Of a stretch of 64,000 nt of DNA, positions 1 through 9,951 are shown piece by piece. Source of the stretch: an uncultured Acidimicrobiaceae bacterium. Lineage in GTDB: Bacteria > Actinomycetota > Acidimicrobiia > Acidimicrobiales > RAAP-2. Position numbers and translations under genes: made by a program. The stretch spans positions 136 through 64,135 of the forward strand of contig CAWACN010000023.1 of NCBI GenBank assembly GCA_963780525.1. The letters run 5' to 3'. Each line of letters begins with the position of its first letter. Position 1 is the first letter of the stretch. Below the pieces are notes generated by a model that was not told the DNA's origin, did not search any database, and worked only from the letters and a program-made list of their open reading frames with translations.

Positions 1-677
1 GAGACGGGGATATCGGGCACCAGACGGTCGTCGCCCCAGGCCGACGGGTCGAAGGAGTTCAAGGACGGCCGGCCCCGATCGGCCCGTCGGAACTCGTATT
101 CGGAGTCCACCTGGACGATGCGGGGAACGAGGACGCCGTCCCGGGCAATGCGGGCCAGGTGCATGCCGGGCGGGTACTGCACATCGTGCCCCGTCACCGG
201 CACGGGGTCGACCAACGACACGTCCAGGATCGTCTGGACCAGGCCCCGGACGCCCGGCGGGGACTCCGACACGGTGCAATCGACCCGGTCGTGGAAGCGT
301 CGCAGGGCGATGTCGCCCGGCGTCACCCGGAAACCCCACGAGCGCGCCAACACGGCCGAGAGCGCTGGGTTGTCGCAGCGAGCAGAGATCAGGTACGCCC
401 GGGGCCGGACACCGGAACGGGCCGTCAGGCGCAGCTGGGCCAGGGCAAACGGCCCGAACGCGACTCTCTTGGCCCGGTAGACGAGGAAGCAGATCACCGG
501 CGGGATCGTCGGGTTCAACGCCGGCGGTACCAACGACTCCCGGTCGGCCACCCGGACCTCGTACAACACCTGGAGGATGTCGACGTCGGAGACCTGCAAC
601 GACGCGTCCTCGTCGAGCACGACCTCGGGCGAGCCGTCGACGAGGGGGCGGATGTCCAGCGAACCGGCGAGCGGCAT
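1..677 (-). CDS. hypothetical protein, N-terminal ~225 aa (gene runs off left edge); weak acetoacetate-decarboxylase-like impression
   Basis: Absent from the ORF track because no stop lies inside the window. The ATG at 677-675 overlaps the TGA (679-677) of the upstream LLM gene (ATGA coupling). My hand translation MPLAGSLDIRPLVDGSPEVVLDEDASLQVSDVDILQVLYEV...SWGFRVTPGD stays open to position 1 with G/C-rich third positions. The family assignment is tentative. Confidence 0.5.
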   Translation of the reverse strand, partial: MPLAGSLDIRPLVDGSPEVVLDEDASLQVSDVDILQVLYEVRVADRESLVPPALNPTIPPVICFLVYRAKRVAFGPFALAQLRLTARSGVRPRAYLISARCDNPALSAVLARSWGFRVTPGDIALRRFHDRVDCTVSESPPGVRGLVQTILDVSLVDPVPVTGHDVQYPPGMHLARIARDGVLVPRIVQVDSEYEFRRADRGRPSLNSFDPSAWGDDRLVPDIPV

Positions 678-1819
678 CAGGCCACCCCCGTCCCGGCCGC
701 CGCGCCGACGGACACCGGAACCGGTCGGCGCGCCGCCCCGTCCCGGGTCTTGAACCGTGGCATGACCTCTTCGGCGAACAGCCGCATGGAGTCGAGCACG
801 TACTGCTGCGGCACCACCTCCATGAACTGGTGGATGAAGTTGATGCCGTCGAACCCGACGTTCTCCCACGCGGTGATGGCGTCGGCCACGTCGTCCGGCG
901 TCCCCATGGTCACGCCCTTGAAGGCCTTGGCCGCATCGCCGGGCGAGCCCGACTCCCGGCGCAGGGCCGGCAGCAGGCCCTCGGACGGGTACGAGTGCGT
1001 CGGCAGCACCTCTTTGGCCGACAGGAGCTGCGCCGCCATGTAGGAGAACATCGAGGCCACCTTCAGCCCGTTGCGCCGGCCCAGGTCACCGTCCTCGCAG
1101 CACGACAGGAAGTTCACCGTCAGGACCTTGTCGTTCACGAAGGCGCCGACCGGGTCGCACGTCTCAATGTGCTTGCGGTAGTTCAAGACCTTCTTCTCCG
1201 AGTCGGCGAAACCCCCCGGCGACAGCCCCAGGCACCCCAGTCCACGGTCGGCGGCGTCGATCTCGGTCCCCGGCGACGTCACCGCCACCCACATCGGCGG
1301 GTGCGGCTTCTGCAGCGGCTTGGGCAAAATGGCTCGTTCGGGCATGGAGAACATGCGCCCGTTCCACGAGAAGCGCTCCTGCATCCACATTTTGGGGATG
1401 ACCCGGACGAACTCGTCCCACGTCTTCTTGGTGTCGTCGGGGTTGGCCCCGAAGCCGCTCAATTCCGGCCACGTCGCGGAACGGCCGGTCCCCAACTCCA
1501 ATCGTCCGCCCGAGATGATGTCGAGGACCGCCGCCCGCTCCGCCACCCGGATCGGACTCTGGTACTGCGGAACACACGCCACTACGCCGTGCCCCACCCT
1601 GATGCGCTTGGTCATGGTCGCCGCCGCCGACAAGAAGATGTCGGGGCCCGAGCAGTGCGAATACTCCTCCAAGAAGTGGTGCTCGACGGCCCAGATGTAG
1701 TCGAAGCCGAGCTCGTCGGCCAGGCGCACCTGCTCGAGCGCGTTCTCGTAGACCTGGCGCTCGGAGTCCGCCGTCCACGGACGTGGCACCGACAGCTCCA
1801 TGAACAAGCCGAACTCCAC
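677..1819 (-). CDS. LLM-class (luciferase-like) flavin/F420-dependent oxidoreductase
   Basis: 380-aa ORF MEFGLFMELSVPRPW...LGFDYIWAVEHHFLEEYSHCSGPDIFLSAAA, a typical luciferase-like monooxygenase N-terminus and length. It is divergent from the TetR gene. Confidence 0.9.
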   Translation of the reverse strand: MEFGLFMELSVPRPWTADSERQVYENALEQVRLADELGFDYIWAVEHHFLEEYSHCSGPDIFLSAAATMTKRIRVGHGVVACVPQYQSPIRVAERAAVLDIISGGRLELGTGRSATWPELSGFGANPDDTKKTWDEFVRVIPKMWMQERFSWNGRMFSMPERAILPKPLQKPHPPMWVAVTSPGTEIDAADRGLGCLGLSPGGFADSEKKVLNYRKHIETCDPVGAFVNDKVLTVNFLSCCEDGDLGRRNGLKVASMFSYMAAQLLSAKEVLPTHSYPSEGLLPALRRESGSPGDAAKAFKGVTMGTPDDVADAITAWENVGFDGINFIHQFMEVVPQQYVLDSMRLFAEEVMPRFKTRDGAARRPVPVSVGAAAGTGVA

Positions 1820-1868
1820 GCTCGCCCTCCCCGTCCCTTGTCGTTTTTGTTAACGGTGATTAAACTTT

Positions 1869-1878
1869 AAGCATGCTT
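1869..1878. promoter_or_regulatory. candidate TetR operator: perfect 10-bp palindrome AAGCATGCTT
   Basis: It lies in the A/T-rich 99-bp gap between the divergent LLM (start 1819) and TetR (start 1919) genes. A GTTAAC palindrome sits at 1849-1854. No binding data. Confidence 0.3.
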
Positions 1879-1918
1879 GGGGGGTGGAGTCAACGTGATC
1901 CGGCCGGTTTTGTGACCG

Positions 1919-2584
1919 ATGACTAACATCCGTGCTCATATGAGCCCGCCACGGGAGGCGCCGAAAACCAAGGGCGAGCGGACCCGCCAAGCGATCATGA
2001 CGGCCGCCACCGACCTGTTCCGTGAGCGTGGCTTCCGCGAGACGAGCCTGGGCGACATCGGGGCGGCGGCGGGCGTGAGCGGGCCGGCCATCTACCGCTA
2101 CTTCGACAGCAAGGGCGAGCTCCTCTCCGTTCTCATTGAAGAGGCGGCGGTCATCTGGAGGGGAACGGTCGACGAGGTCCTGAATGAGGACATGCCCCCG
2201 CTCGTCACGCTCGAGCTGCTCATCGACGCGGCGATCGTGCTGCAGCTGCGCAACGGCAATCTGCGCGACGTCTTCGTCAAGGAGTACCGCTCGCTCGATG
2301 ACGATGCCCGCCGTCGGGTCGCCCGCATTGAGCGGGTGCGCATGGCCGAATGGGTCCACTTGTTGTGCGAGGTACGCCCCGGCCTGGCCGAGGACGAGGC
2401 CCGGGCCGCCGTCACCATGCTCGACGGCATGCTCCGTTCCATCACCACGCTCGACCGGTCCGACCCCGAGTTGTTGGCCCGCGTCATGAAGGACATGGTC
2501 TTCGGCGGACTGCTGGCCGTCGGCATCCCTCGGCCTGACGCGGTCTTCGGGGCGAAGACGGCGCCCAGGACGGCGAGCGCATGA
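1919..2584 (+). CDS. TetR/AcrR family transcriptional regulator
   Basis: The N-terminal HTH signature TRQAIMTAATDLFRERGFRETSLGDIGAAAGVSGPAIYRYFDSKGELL is present. The stop TGA 2582-2584 overlaps the ATG 2581 of the next gene. An alternative start is the ATG at 1940. Confidence 0.9.
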   Translation: MTNIRAHMSPPREAPKTKGERTRQAIMTAATDLFRERGFRETSLGDIGAAAGVSGPAIYRYFDSKGELLSVLIEEAAVIWRGTVDEVLNEDMPPLVTLELLIDAAIVLQLRNGNLRDVFVKEYRSLDDDARRRVARIERVRMAEWVHLLCEVRPGLAEDEARAAVTMLDGMLRSITTLDRSDPELLARVMKDMVFGGLLAVGIPRPDAVFGAKTAPRTASA

Positions 2585-3889
2585 CGGTTGGCTCCGCTGG
2601 TCCTGACTCGATGCCCTCGCTGGAGGACTTCCGCCAGGAGGTCCTGACCTTCCTACGTGCCACGCTGCCGGCCAAGGGCGGAGGGGCGAGCGGCGTCGTC
2701 TCGTTCGGCGGCTCGGGTCTCTCCCGATCGGTCGCCTACCAGGGCCAACTGGCCGACGCCGGCCTGGCCGGCATCACGTGGCCGGCCGAGTACGGCGGGC
2801 GTGGTCTGCCGGGGCGCTATCAGCGTATGTACGACAGCGAGGCGAAGGCCTTCCGGGTCCCGCCGCGTTCGCTCGAGATCGGTCTCGGCATGTGCGGGCC
2901 GACACTGCTGGTTCACGCCAGCGAGGAACAGAAGCGCGCCTTCATCCCACCCTTACTGCGGGGCGAGCACGTGTGGTGCGAGCTGTTCAGCGAGCCCGGC
3001 GCGGGCTCGGACCTCTCGAGCGTGCAGACGCGGGCGCCGGCGGGACGGCGACGAGTTCGTGCTCCAGGGCCAAAAGGTGTGGACCTCGGGCGCGCAGCAC
3101 AGCGACTACGCGGCCTGTCTCGTGCGCACGGACGCCACCCGGCCCAAGCGCGAGGGCATCACGATGCTGATCGTCGACATGCACGTGCCGGGTATTACCG
3201 TGCGACCGCTGCGCCAAATAACCGGTGAGTCCCACTTCAACGAGGTCTTCTTGGACGAGGTGCGGGTGCCCGTGGCCAACGTCGTGGGCGAGGTGAACGA
3301 CGGCTGGCGCGTGGCCCGCACCATGCTCGCCTTCGAGCGCCAGGCCCTGGGCAACATGGGCGGTGGCGGCGGGGGCAAGGGCGGCTTCACCGCGCTGGCC
3401 GAAGAGGCCAAACGGCGGGACCTGGCGTCACGTCCCGTCCTGCGGGATCGCCTGGTGCAGCTGCGCATCCGCCAAATGGTCCTCCGGCACCTCACCGCAT
3501 ACCTGCTGGTGAAGGCCAAGGGGGGCGACGGGGCGGCGGCCTCGCTGCTCAAGTTGGCCATGGCGCAACTGGTCCAGGAGTCGGCCCTCGTCGCGGTGGA
3601 GACGGCCGGCATGCACGCCACCGCGTGGACGACCGACGACCCCGACGCTGGGCGCTGGTCGGACCAGCTGCTCAGCTCGCAGTCGGCCTCCATCGGCGGG
3701 GGCACGAACCAGATAGTGCGCAACGTGATCGCCGAGCGTGTGCTCGGCCTCCCACGCGACCAAGAGGGTGACCTCATGCCCGGCGACCTCGACGCCGCGG
3801 CCGGCGGCGTCGGCGGCGAAGTCGGTGGCGGGACCGGCAGTGCCCCGACGACGTCGTCGGTGGGCGCAGGAACGACTCGTGGCCACTGA
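2581..3889 (+). pseudogene. acyl-CoA dehydrogenase, apparent +1 frameshift near 3034-3044
   Basis: The N-terminal part is in frame 1 (ORF 2581..3228: ...WCELFSEPGAGSDLSSVQTRA). It continues in frame 2 (ORF 2657..3889: RDGDEFVLQGQKVWTSGAQH...GGTNQIVRNVIAERVLGLPRD). Paralogs in this window read TRATRVGDEY across the same point. One extra base in gcgCcggcgg explains the shift. The roughly 42-aa tail after LGLPRD is unusual. Confidence 0.8.
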
Positions 3890-6134
3890 GCATCCGCCGG
3901 CGCCGCTCCCCCCCGGCAGCCGGACGCAGGTGCTCAGTGGTCTACGGGTCGTCGAAGTCGGTCAGTACGTCGCGGCCCCGCTGGCGGGCACGATCTTCGC
4001 CGACCTCGGCGCGGACGTGGTCAAGGTCGAGCGGCCGGGTGGCGACCCGCTGCGGACCGATCACGCTCGCTTCGCCGCCTGGAACCGGGGCAAGGAGACG
4101 GTCGAGCTCGACCTGCGCTCGGCCGCCGGCAAGGCGGGGCTCTTCGACCTCGTCAATGAGGCCGACCTCCTCGTCGAGAACCTGCGGCCGGGCGCGCTGG
4201 ACCGGCTCGGTCTGTCACCGGCCTCCCTGCGAGCGAGCTTGCCCCGCCTGGTCACCTGTTCCATCAGCGCCTGGGGCTCCGACGGGCCCTCGCGCGACGA
4301 GCCCGGCTGGGAGCCGCTCGTCCACGCCCGGGCCGGGGCGCAGCAGGGATTGTTCACGGGCGACGATCCGATTTGGCTCCCCTTCCCCGTGGCCAGCGTG
4401 TCGGCGGCACTGGTGGCGGTGCTCGGCGCCGGAGCCGCGTTGATCAAACGCGCCTCGACCGGCTACGGCCAACACGTCGAGACGTCACTCCTCGACGCGC
4501 TCCTCTTCCTCAACGCCGCCGCCATCTTCCATCGCGAGGGACACCGGCCCCGCGTCATCCGCCACACCAAGTCCCCGATTCTGCGCGTCTTCGACACGTC
4601 CGACGGCCGCGCCGTCATGGTCAACCTCAGCGGCACGGAGCGCTGGCGCGAACTGTGTCGATTGTTGGGCATGGACGACGGTGGGCTCGACTACTCCACG
4701 CCCGAAGGTCTCTCCAAGCTGTCGGACCGCGAGTGGAACCGCACCATGTTGCAACAGGTCATGGAGCGCTTCGGCGCCCGCACCGCCGACGAGTGGGAGA
4801 CCGCGCTGCTGGCGCAGCCTGCCGCCGTCGCCAAGTGCAACTCGCTGGCCGAATGGCTGGCGAGCGAGCAGGCCCGTGTCGACGGGCTCGTTGAAGAGCT
4901 CGACGACCCGGTGCTCGGGCGGGTGCCGTTGGTGGGTCCTCCCGTGCGGATCGCCGTCGATGCCGCCGATCCCGGCGGAAGGCGTCCCGGCCGCCGGCAC
5001 GGTGGCGAGCAGGGCGCGCTCGGCGGGCACCGCATCATCGACCTGTCCTCCTTTTGGGCCGGCCCCCTCGCCTCACGTCTGCTGGCCGAGTTGGGCGCCG
5101 ACGTCGTGAAGGTCGAGCCGCCCGGGGGCGAGGGCGGCTTCCAGATGATGCCGGTGCTGCCGAACATTTATGTCGACGCCAACCGTTCGAAGCGGGGCAT
5201 CGTCCTCGACCTCAAGACCCCCGAGGACCGGGTGCGACTGCTCGACCTCGTGGCGGCGTCCGACGTGGTGGTCGAGAACGCCATGGCTGGCGCCTGGGAA
5301 CGGCTCGGGCTCGACGAGGCGGCGCTGCGGGCGGTCAATCCAGGGCTTGTGTATGCGCGGGCCAAAGGCTTTGGTGTGGCGGGGCCGTTGGCGACGCGGC
5401 CCTCTTTTGATTACGTCGTCCAGGCGGCGACGGGCATGGAGATGACGCAGGGCGGGGGCGTGCGTCCGGTGCCCGTCAACTTCACGGCCAACGACTACGG
5501 GACTGGGCTGTTGTTGGGGGCGGGCATCGTGCTGGCGTTGCTGGGGCGGGCCCGTGGCGTAGCCGTGACCGGGGTCGACGCGTCGCTGGCCTTGACGGCG
5601 ACGGTGTTCCAGTCCGAGGACGTGGCGGCGTTGGCGACGGGCGCCGGCGCCGGCGGGGGCGGGGTGCCGGATCGGGTGGGAGCCGACTTGTTGGGGCCGT
5701 CGATGTGGTTCCACTTGTATCGGGCCGAGGACGGGTGGGTGACGGTCTGCTGCGTGACCGATGCGCACCGGACGGGGCTGCTGCGGGCGCTGGGACTGTT
5801 TGGCGGCGAGGGCATTGACGGCGACGGGGCGGCGGCGGCGCTCGTTGACGAGGTCGCCGACGCGATCGGGCTGCTGACGGTGTCGGCGGCGGTGTTGGCG
5901 CTGCGCTCCGAGGGCGTCCCGGTGGCGGTGAGCGTGCACCCCTCCGCGGTCCCCGACGACCCCCAAGTCGTGGCCCGGGAACTGCTGCGCCGGTACCGGC
6001 ACCCGGCAGCGGGCCGCTTCGTGCAGGTGGGACTCCCTCTGTCGTTGTCGGTCGATGCCCCGGCAGTCAAGGGACCCGCCCCGACGCCGGCACCGGTGCG
6101 GCGACGGATCAAGAAGACGGCGTCGGCATCGTGA
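3879..6134 (+). CDS. tandem double-domain family III (CaiB/BaiF) CoA-transferase
   Basis: Two complete CoA-transferase III units sit in one ORF. Unit 1 is LRVVEVGQYVAAPLAGTIFADLGADVVKVERPGGDP. Unit 2, from about 5020, is RIIDLSSFWAGPLASRLLAELGADVVKVEPPGGE. I place the start at GTG 3879 (VATEHPP), overlapping the upstream stop by 11 nt; the ORF track start at 3738 gives an Arg/Ala-rich junk leader. Confidence 0.85.
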   Translation: MATEHPPAPLPPGSRTQVLSGLRVVEVGQYVAAPLAGTIFADLGADVVKVERPGGDPLRTDHARFAAWNRGKETVELDLRSAAGKAGLFDLVNEADLLVENLRPGALDRLGLSPASLRASLPRLVTCSISAWGSDGPSRDEPGWEPLVHARAGAQQGLFTGDDPIWLPFPVASVSAALVAVLGAGAALIKRASTGYGQHVETSLLDALLFLNAAAIFHREGHRPRVIRHTKSPILRVFDTSDGRAVMVNLSGTERWRELCRLLGMDDGGLDYSTPEGLSKLSDREWNRTMLQQVMERFGARTADEWETALLAQPAAVAKCNSLAEWLASEQARVDGLVEELDDPVLGRVPLVGPPVRIAVDAADPGGRRPGRRHGGEQGALGGHRIIDLSSFWAGPLASRLLAELGADVVKVEPPGGEGGFQMMPVLPNIYVDANRSKRGIVLDLKTPEDRVRLLDLVAASDVVVENAMAGAWERLGLDEAALRAVNPGLVYARAKGFGVAGPLATRPSFDYVVQAATGMEMTQGGGVRPVPVNFTANDYGTGLLLGAGIVLALLGRARGVAVTGVDASLALTATVFQSEDVAALATGAGAGGGGVPDRVGADLLGPSMWFHLYRAEDGWVTVCCVTDAHRTGLLRALGLFGGEGIDGDGAAAALVDEVADAIGLLTVSAAVLALRSEGVPVAVSVHPSAVPDDPQVVARELLRRYRHPAAGRFVQVGLPLSLSVDAPAVKGPAPTPAPVRRRIKKTASAS

Positions 6135-6147
6135 GGAGGCGACGTCG

Positions 6148-7149
6148 TTGAAGATCGACAGCGGTCTCGGGATGGAGCTGCCCCGGGTGGCCGAGCGGGT
6201 GAGCGCAGCCGAGGCGGCCGGACTCGATTGCGTCTGGGCCGCTGAAACGACCAACGACCCGTTCCTGTCGTTGACGCTGGCCGCTGAACACTCAACGTCG
6301 GTGTCCCTCGGGACGGGGATCGCCGTGGCCTTCGCCCGCAACCCGATGAGCATGGCGTACACGACCAACCAATTGCAGGAGTACTCGGGCGGGCGCGTCG
6401 TGTTGGGGATGGGGTCGCAGGTGCGACGGCACATTGAGAAGCGGTTCAGTTCCCCGTGGTCGCACCCCGCGGCACGGATGCGGGAGTACGTACTCGCCTT
6501 GCGGGCGATCTGGGCGTCATGGAACGAAGGGGCGACGCTCGAGTTCGAGGGCGAGTTCTACACGCACACGCTGATGACGCCCGTGTTCGCCCCGCGCCCC
6601 CATTCGTTCGGGCCGCCCCGCGTGTTCCTGGCGGCCGTCGGGCCCCTCATGAACGAAGTCGCCGGCGAAGTGGCGGACGGGGTCATCACGCACGGCATCT
6701 GCACGTCCCGGTACCTCCAAGAGGTCATTCTGCCGGCGGTGGACCGGGGGCTGACGAAAGGGGGGCGTCGTCGGGACGAGTTCGAGGTGACGTGTCCGGG
6801 CTTCATCACGGTGGTCGAGGACCCGTCGAAGATGGAGAAGGCCCGCAACGCCATGCGGAACCACGTCGGCTACTACGCCTCGACGCCGGCCTACCGGCAC
6901 GTCTTGGAGCTCCACGGCTGGGGCGACCTGCAGACCGATCTCTACGCCTGCTCGAAGAGAGGTCGCTGGGACGAGATGGCGCGCCTCATCGACGACGAGG
7001 TCCTCGACACGCTGACGATCGTCTGTGCGCCGGACGCCCTGGCCGGGGCGGTGGCCGCCCGCTACGGCGGTCTGGTCGACCGGATCAACGTCTCGTGGTG
7101 GCGCAAGGACTGGTGGCCCGACGTCGAGCGCGAGCTTCGGGCCTTGTGA
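6148..7149 (+). CDS. LLM-class F420-dependent oxidoreductase
   Basis: The sequence LKIDSGLGMELPRVAERVSAAEAAGLDCVWAAETTNDPFLSLTLAA...VVLGMGSQVRRHIEKRF fits the family. The TTG start at 6148 is preceded by GAGGAGG 6 nt upstream, just after the CoA-transferase stop. Confidence 0.85.
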   Translation: MKIDSGLGMELPRVAERVSAAEAAGLDCVWAAETTNDPFLSLTLAAEHSTSVSLGTGIAVAFARNPMSMAYTTNQLQEYSGGRVVLGMGSQVRRHIEKRFSSPWSHPAARMREYVLALRAIWASWNEGATLEFEGEFYTHTLMTPVFAPRPHSFGPPRVFLAAVGPLMNEVAGEVADGVITHGICTSRYLQEVILPAVDRGLTKGGRRRDEFEVTCPGFITVVEDPSKMEKARNAMRNHVGYYASTPAYRHVLELHGWGDLQTDLYACSKRGRWDEMARLIDDEVLDTLTIVCAPDALAGAVAARYGGLVDRINVSWWRKDWWPDVERELRAL

Positions 7150-8405
7150 GCGGGACCGACGTCAAGGGGTTCACCGCCCCCGGGTTCGAGCGGGTGGCCG
7201 AGACGCTGGGCGCGGGTGCGACCCTGACGTTGGGCGACCGGGAGCGCCGGGCCGACCTGGGCGAGGGCGGCGGTGCATTCAGCGCCTTCGTCGACGGGGA
7301 GTGCGTCGTCGACATCTGGACGGGCGTGGCCGGCCCGGACGGACAATCGTGGGCAGAGGACACCCGAGCCGTCATCATGTCGTCGACCAAGGGCATGACG
7401 ACGTTGTGCGCCCACATCCTCGAAGATCGAGGCGAGCTTGACCTCGATGCGCCCGTCGCCCGCTACTGGCCCGACTTCGCCGCGGCCGGCAAGTCAGCCA
7501 CCACGGTGCGCCAATTGCTCAGCCACCAGTCCGGAGCGATCGGTGTGCCGGGCGCCGAGCAGTTGCTGGGCTGGGACGGGCGGGGCTGGGACGACACCGA
7601 GGCGATCGCCGCCGCCATCGCGACCAGCGAGCCCGCCTGGGAACCGGGGACGCGGCACGGCTACCACGGCGTGACGTTCGGCTGGCTGGTGGGTGAGCTG
7701 GTCCGGCGCATCAGCGGCCAGAGCCTCGGGACGTTCTTCAAAGAGCAGGTGGCCAGGCCGCTGGGCGTGGCCGACGCCATCTCCATCGGCACGACTCTCG
7801 ATGACGTCCCCTCCGTCGCCAGGGTGATGGAGTTCCCGGTCAAGCCCGGCAGCAAGGGCGCGTTGCGGTCCATCGACCCCGCCTCCAACTCCGGTCGCGC
7901 CGTCCTGGCCGGCACTCACGGCAGCCTCTTCGCGGACGAACACGGCGAGCCCCGCTTCGCCCACTTCATGAACCAGCCACGCGTCCTCGGCGCCGAGGTC
8001 GGCGCACTCGGCGCCACGGCGACCGCCCGGGCGCTGGCTCGGACCTACATGGCACTGGCGGACGGCGAGGAACTCGTGTCGCGCCCGTCGGTCGAGCGCT
8101 TCCGCACCGAGCAGGTCTGCGGGCGCGACGCCGTCATGGGCGTCCCCACCCGCTGGGCCGTCGGCTACTCGCTGGAGCCGCCCCCAATCGTCCCCGGCGC
8201 GCCACCCATGCACGGCCCCAACGAAGGCGCCTTCGGTCACATGGGGGCCGGCGGCCAGATCGGGTTCGCCGATCCGTCAGCTCGCGTCGGCGTCGCGTTC
8301 GTCCGCAACCACCTGGAGAACCAGGCGCTCCCGCTCATGGGCGCCGTTCTGGTGGACGTGCTGTACTCGTGTCTGGGGGAAGGGGGCGTCGGTGTACGCA
8401 GCTGA
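7146..8405 (+). CDS. serine hydrolase (class C beta-lactamase/esterase family)
   Basis: An SxxK motif is present in VIMSSTKGMTTLCAHIL, and the length is about 419 aa. The GTG at 7146 overlaps the upstream TGA (GTGA). Confidence 0.85.
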   Translation: MSGTDVKGFTAPGFERVAETLGAGATLTLGDRERRADLGEGGGAFSAFVDGECVVDIWTGVAGPDGQSWAEDTRAVIMSSTKGMTTLCAHILEDRGELDLDAPVARYWPDFAAAGKSATTVRQLLSHQSGAIGVPGAEQLLGWDGRGWDDTEAIAAAIATSEPAWEPGTRHGYHGVTFGWLVGELVRRISGQSLGTFFKEQVARPLGVADAISIGTTLDDVPSVARVMEFPVKPGSKGALRSIDPASNSGRAVLAGTHGSLFADEHGEPRFAHFMNQPRVLGAEVGALGATATARALARTYMALADGEELVSRPSVERFRTEQVCGRDAVMGVPTRWAVGYSLEPPPIVPGAPPMHGPNEGAFGHMGAGGQIGFADPSARVGVAFVRNHLENQALPLMGAVLVDVLYSCLGEGGVGVRS

Positions 8406-9951
8406 GCACGCCAGGGAGCACCCGGAACAGCCGGCCATCATCATGGCGCCATCTGGACGCACATTGACTTTCGCCGAGTACGAAGCCGGCGCCAACCAGG
8501 TCGCCCATGTCCTGCGCGAGACCGGGCTCCACAAGGGCGATCACATGGCGATCTTCATGGAGAACCACCCGGCCATGCTGCTGGCCGAGGCGGGGGCCGA
8601 GCGCACCGGCCTCTACTTCACGCCGGTCAACTCGTACCTCTCGGCGGACGAGGTCGCCTACGTCGTCAATGACTCTCGCTCCCGCGTGGTCATCACGTCG
8701 ACGGCCAAGGCGGAGGTCGCCGCACAACTACCGACCCTCTGTCCCGAAGTCGACCGCTTCATCATGGTCGACACGACCAACTCCGGCCATGTCGTCGACG
8801 GCTACGAGTCGTGGGCCGACACGGTCGACGCCCAGCCCACGGACCATGTCCCTGATGAACAGATGGGCGCCCCCATGATGTATTCATCGGGAACGACGGG
8901 GCGGCCCAAAGGCATCCTCCGCCCCATGTACGACATCCATCCGTCCGAGACGAACATCGGCGTCCTCGGGATCGCCGGGCTGTGGCGGTTGCGTGAGGGC
9001 ATGGTGTATCTGTCGCCGGCGCCGCTGTACCACACCGCCCCGCAGGTGAGCGTGGCCATTGCGCTACGGATGAAGTCGACAGCGGTCGTGATGGAGCACT
9101 TCGACCCGGCGCTGTATCTCGAGCTCGTGGAGCGGTACGGGGTCACGCACTCGCAGGTCGTGCCGACCATGTTCAGCCGGATGCTCAAGCTGCCCGACGA
9201 CGTGCGTGCGGCGGCCGATGTGTCGTCGTTGGAGGTCGTCATCCACGCCGCCGCGCCCTGTCCGGTGCCGGTGAAGGAACAGATGATCGAGTGGTTCGGA
9301 CCGATCCTGCTCGAGTACTACGCCGCCACCGAGGGCAACGGGTGCACGTTCATCACCTCGCCGGACTGGCTCGCGCACAAGGGCAGCGTCGGGCGTTCGG
9401 TGCTGAGCGACATCCACATCCTCGATGACGAGGGGCGGCAGTGTCCGGTGGGGGTGTCGGGAACGGTGTGGTTCGCCGGCGCCACTGACTTCGAGTACTT
9501 CAACGACCCCGAGAAGACGGCCGGGAGTCGGCGGGACGACGGTGCGACCTCGACGGTGGGCGACGTGGGGTACCTGGACTCGGAGGGGTATTTGTTCCTG
9601 ACCGATCGTAAGGCGCACATGATCATCTCCGGCGGGGTGAACATTTACCCGCAGGAGACGGAGAACCTTCTGGTGACGCACCCGTCGGTGTTGGACGCAG
9701 CTGTGATCGGCGTGCCCAACGAGGATCTGGGCGAGGAGGTCAAGGCCGTGGTGCAGCTCGTCGACGGGGTCGAGGGCGACGCGGCTGTCGAGGCCGCGCT
9801 GATCGCCTTCTGCCGCGAACACCTGGCCCACTTCAAATGCCCGCGCAGCGTCGACTTCGTGGACGAGTTGCCCCGGCTGCCCACCGGGAAGCTGTACAAG
9901 GGTGTGTTGCGCGAGCAGTACTGGGCGGCGCACGACACACGGATCGTGTGA
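8392..9951 (+). CDS. acyl-CoA synthetase / AMP-dependent ligase (FadD-like)
   Basis: The AMP-binding signature MMYSSGTTGRPKGI and the C-terminal PRLPTGKLYK are present. It overlaps the upstream gene by 14 nt. Confidence 0.9.
   Translation: MYAAEHAREHPEQPAIIMAPSGRTLTFAEYEAGANQVAHVLRETGLHKGDHMAIFMENHPAMLLAEAGAERTGLYFTPVNSYLSADEVAYVVNDSRSRVVITSTAKAEVAAQLPTLCPEVDRFIMVDTTNSGHVVDGYESWADTVDAQPTDHVPDEQMGAPMMYSSGTTGRPKGILRPMYDIHPSETNIGVLGIAGLWRLREGMVYLSPAPLYHTAPQVSVAIALRMKSTAVVMEHFDPALYLELVERYGVTHSQVVPTMFSRMLKLPDDVRAAADVSSLEVVIHAAAPCPVPVKEQMIEWFGPILLEYYAATEGNGCTFITSPDWLAHKGSVGRSVLSDIHILDDEGRQCPVGVSGTVWFAGATDFEYFNDPEKTAGSRRDDGATSTVGDVGYLDSEGYLFLTDRKAHMIISGGVNIYPQETENLLVTHPSVLDAAVIGVPNEDLGEEVKAVVQLVDGVEGDAAVEAALIAFCREHLAHFKCPRSVDFVDELPRLPTGKLYKGVLREQYWAAHDTRIV

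Noticed and set aside
159-1043. 294-aa plus-strand ORF at the left edge.
   Set aside because: It overlaps the LLM gene and the coupled minus-strand partial gene. Its composition is Arg/His/Asp-rich shadow.
3755-3889. Possible additional lesion or lost stop giving the first ACAD a roughly 42-aa Gly/Ala-rich tail after ...ERVLGLPRD.
   Set aside because: By eye I cannot tell whether the tail is genuine, results from another indel, or reflects a mis-set start of the downstream CoA-transferase. It is left as part of the pseudogene span.
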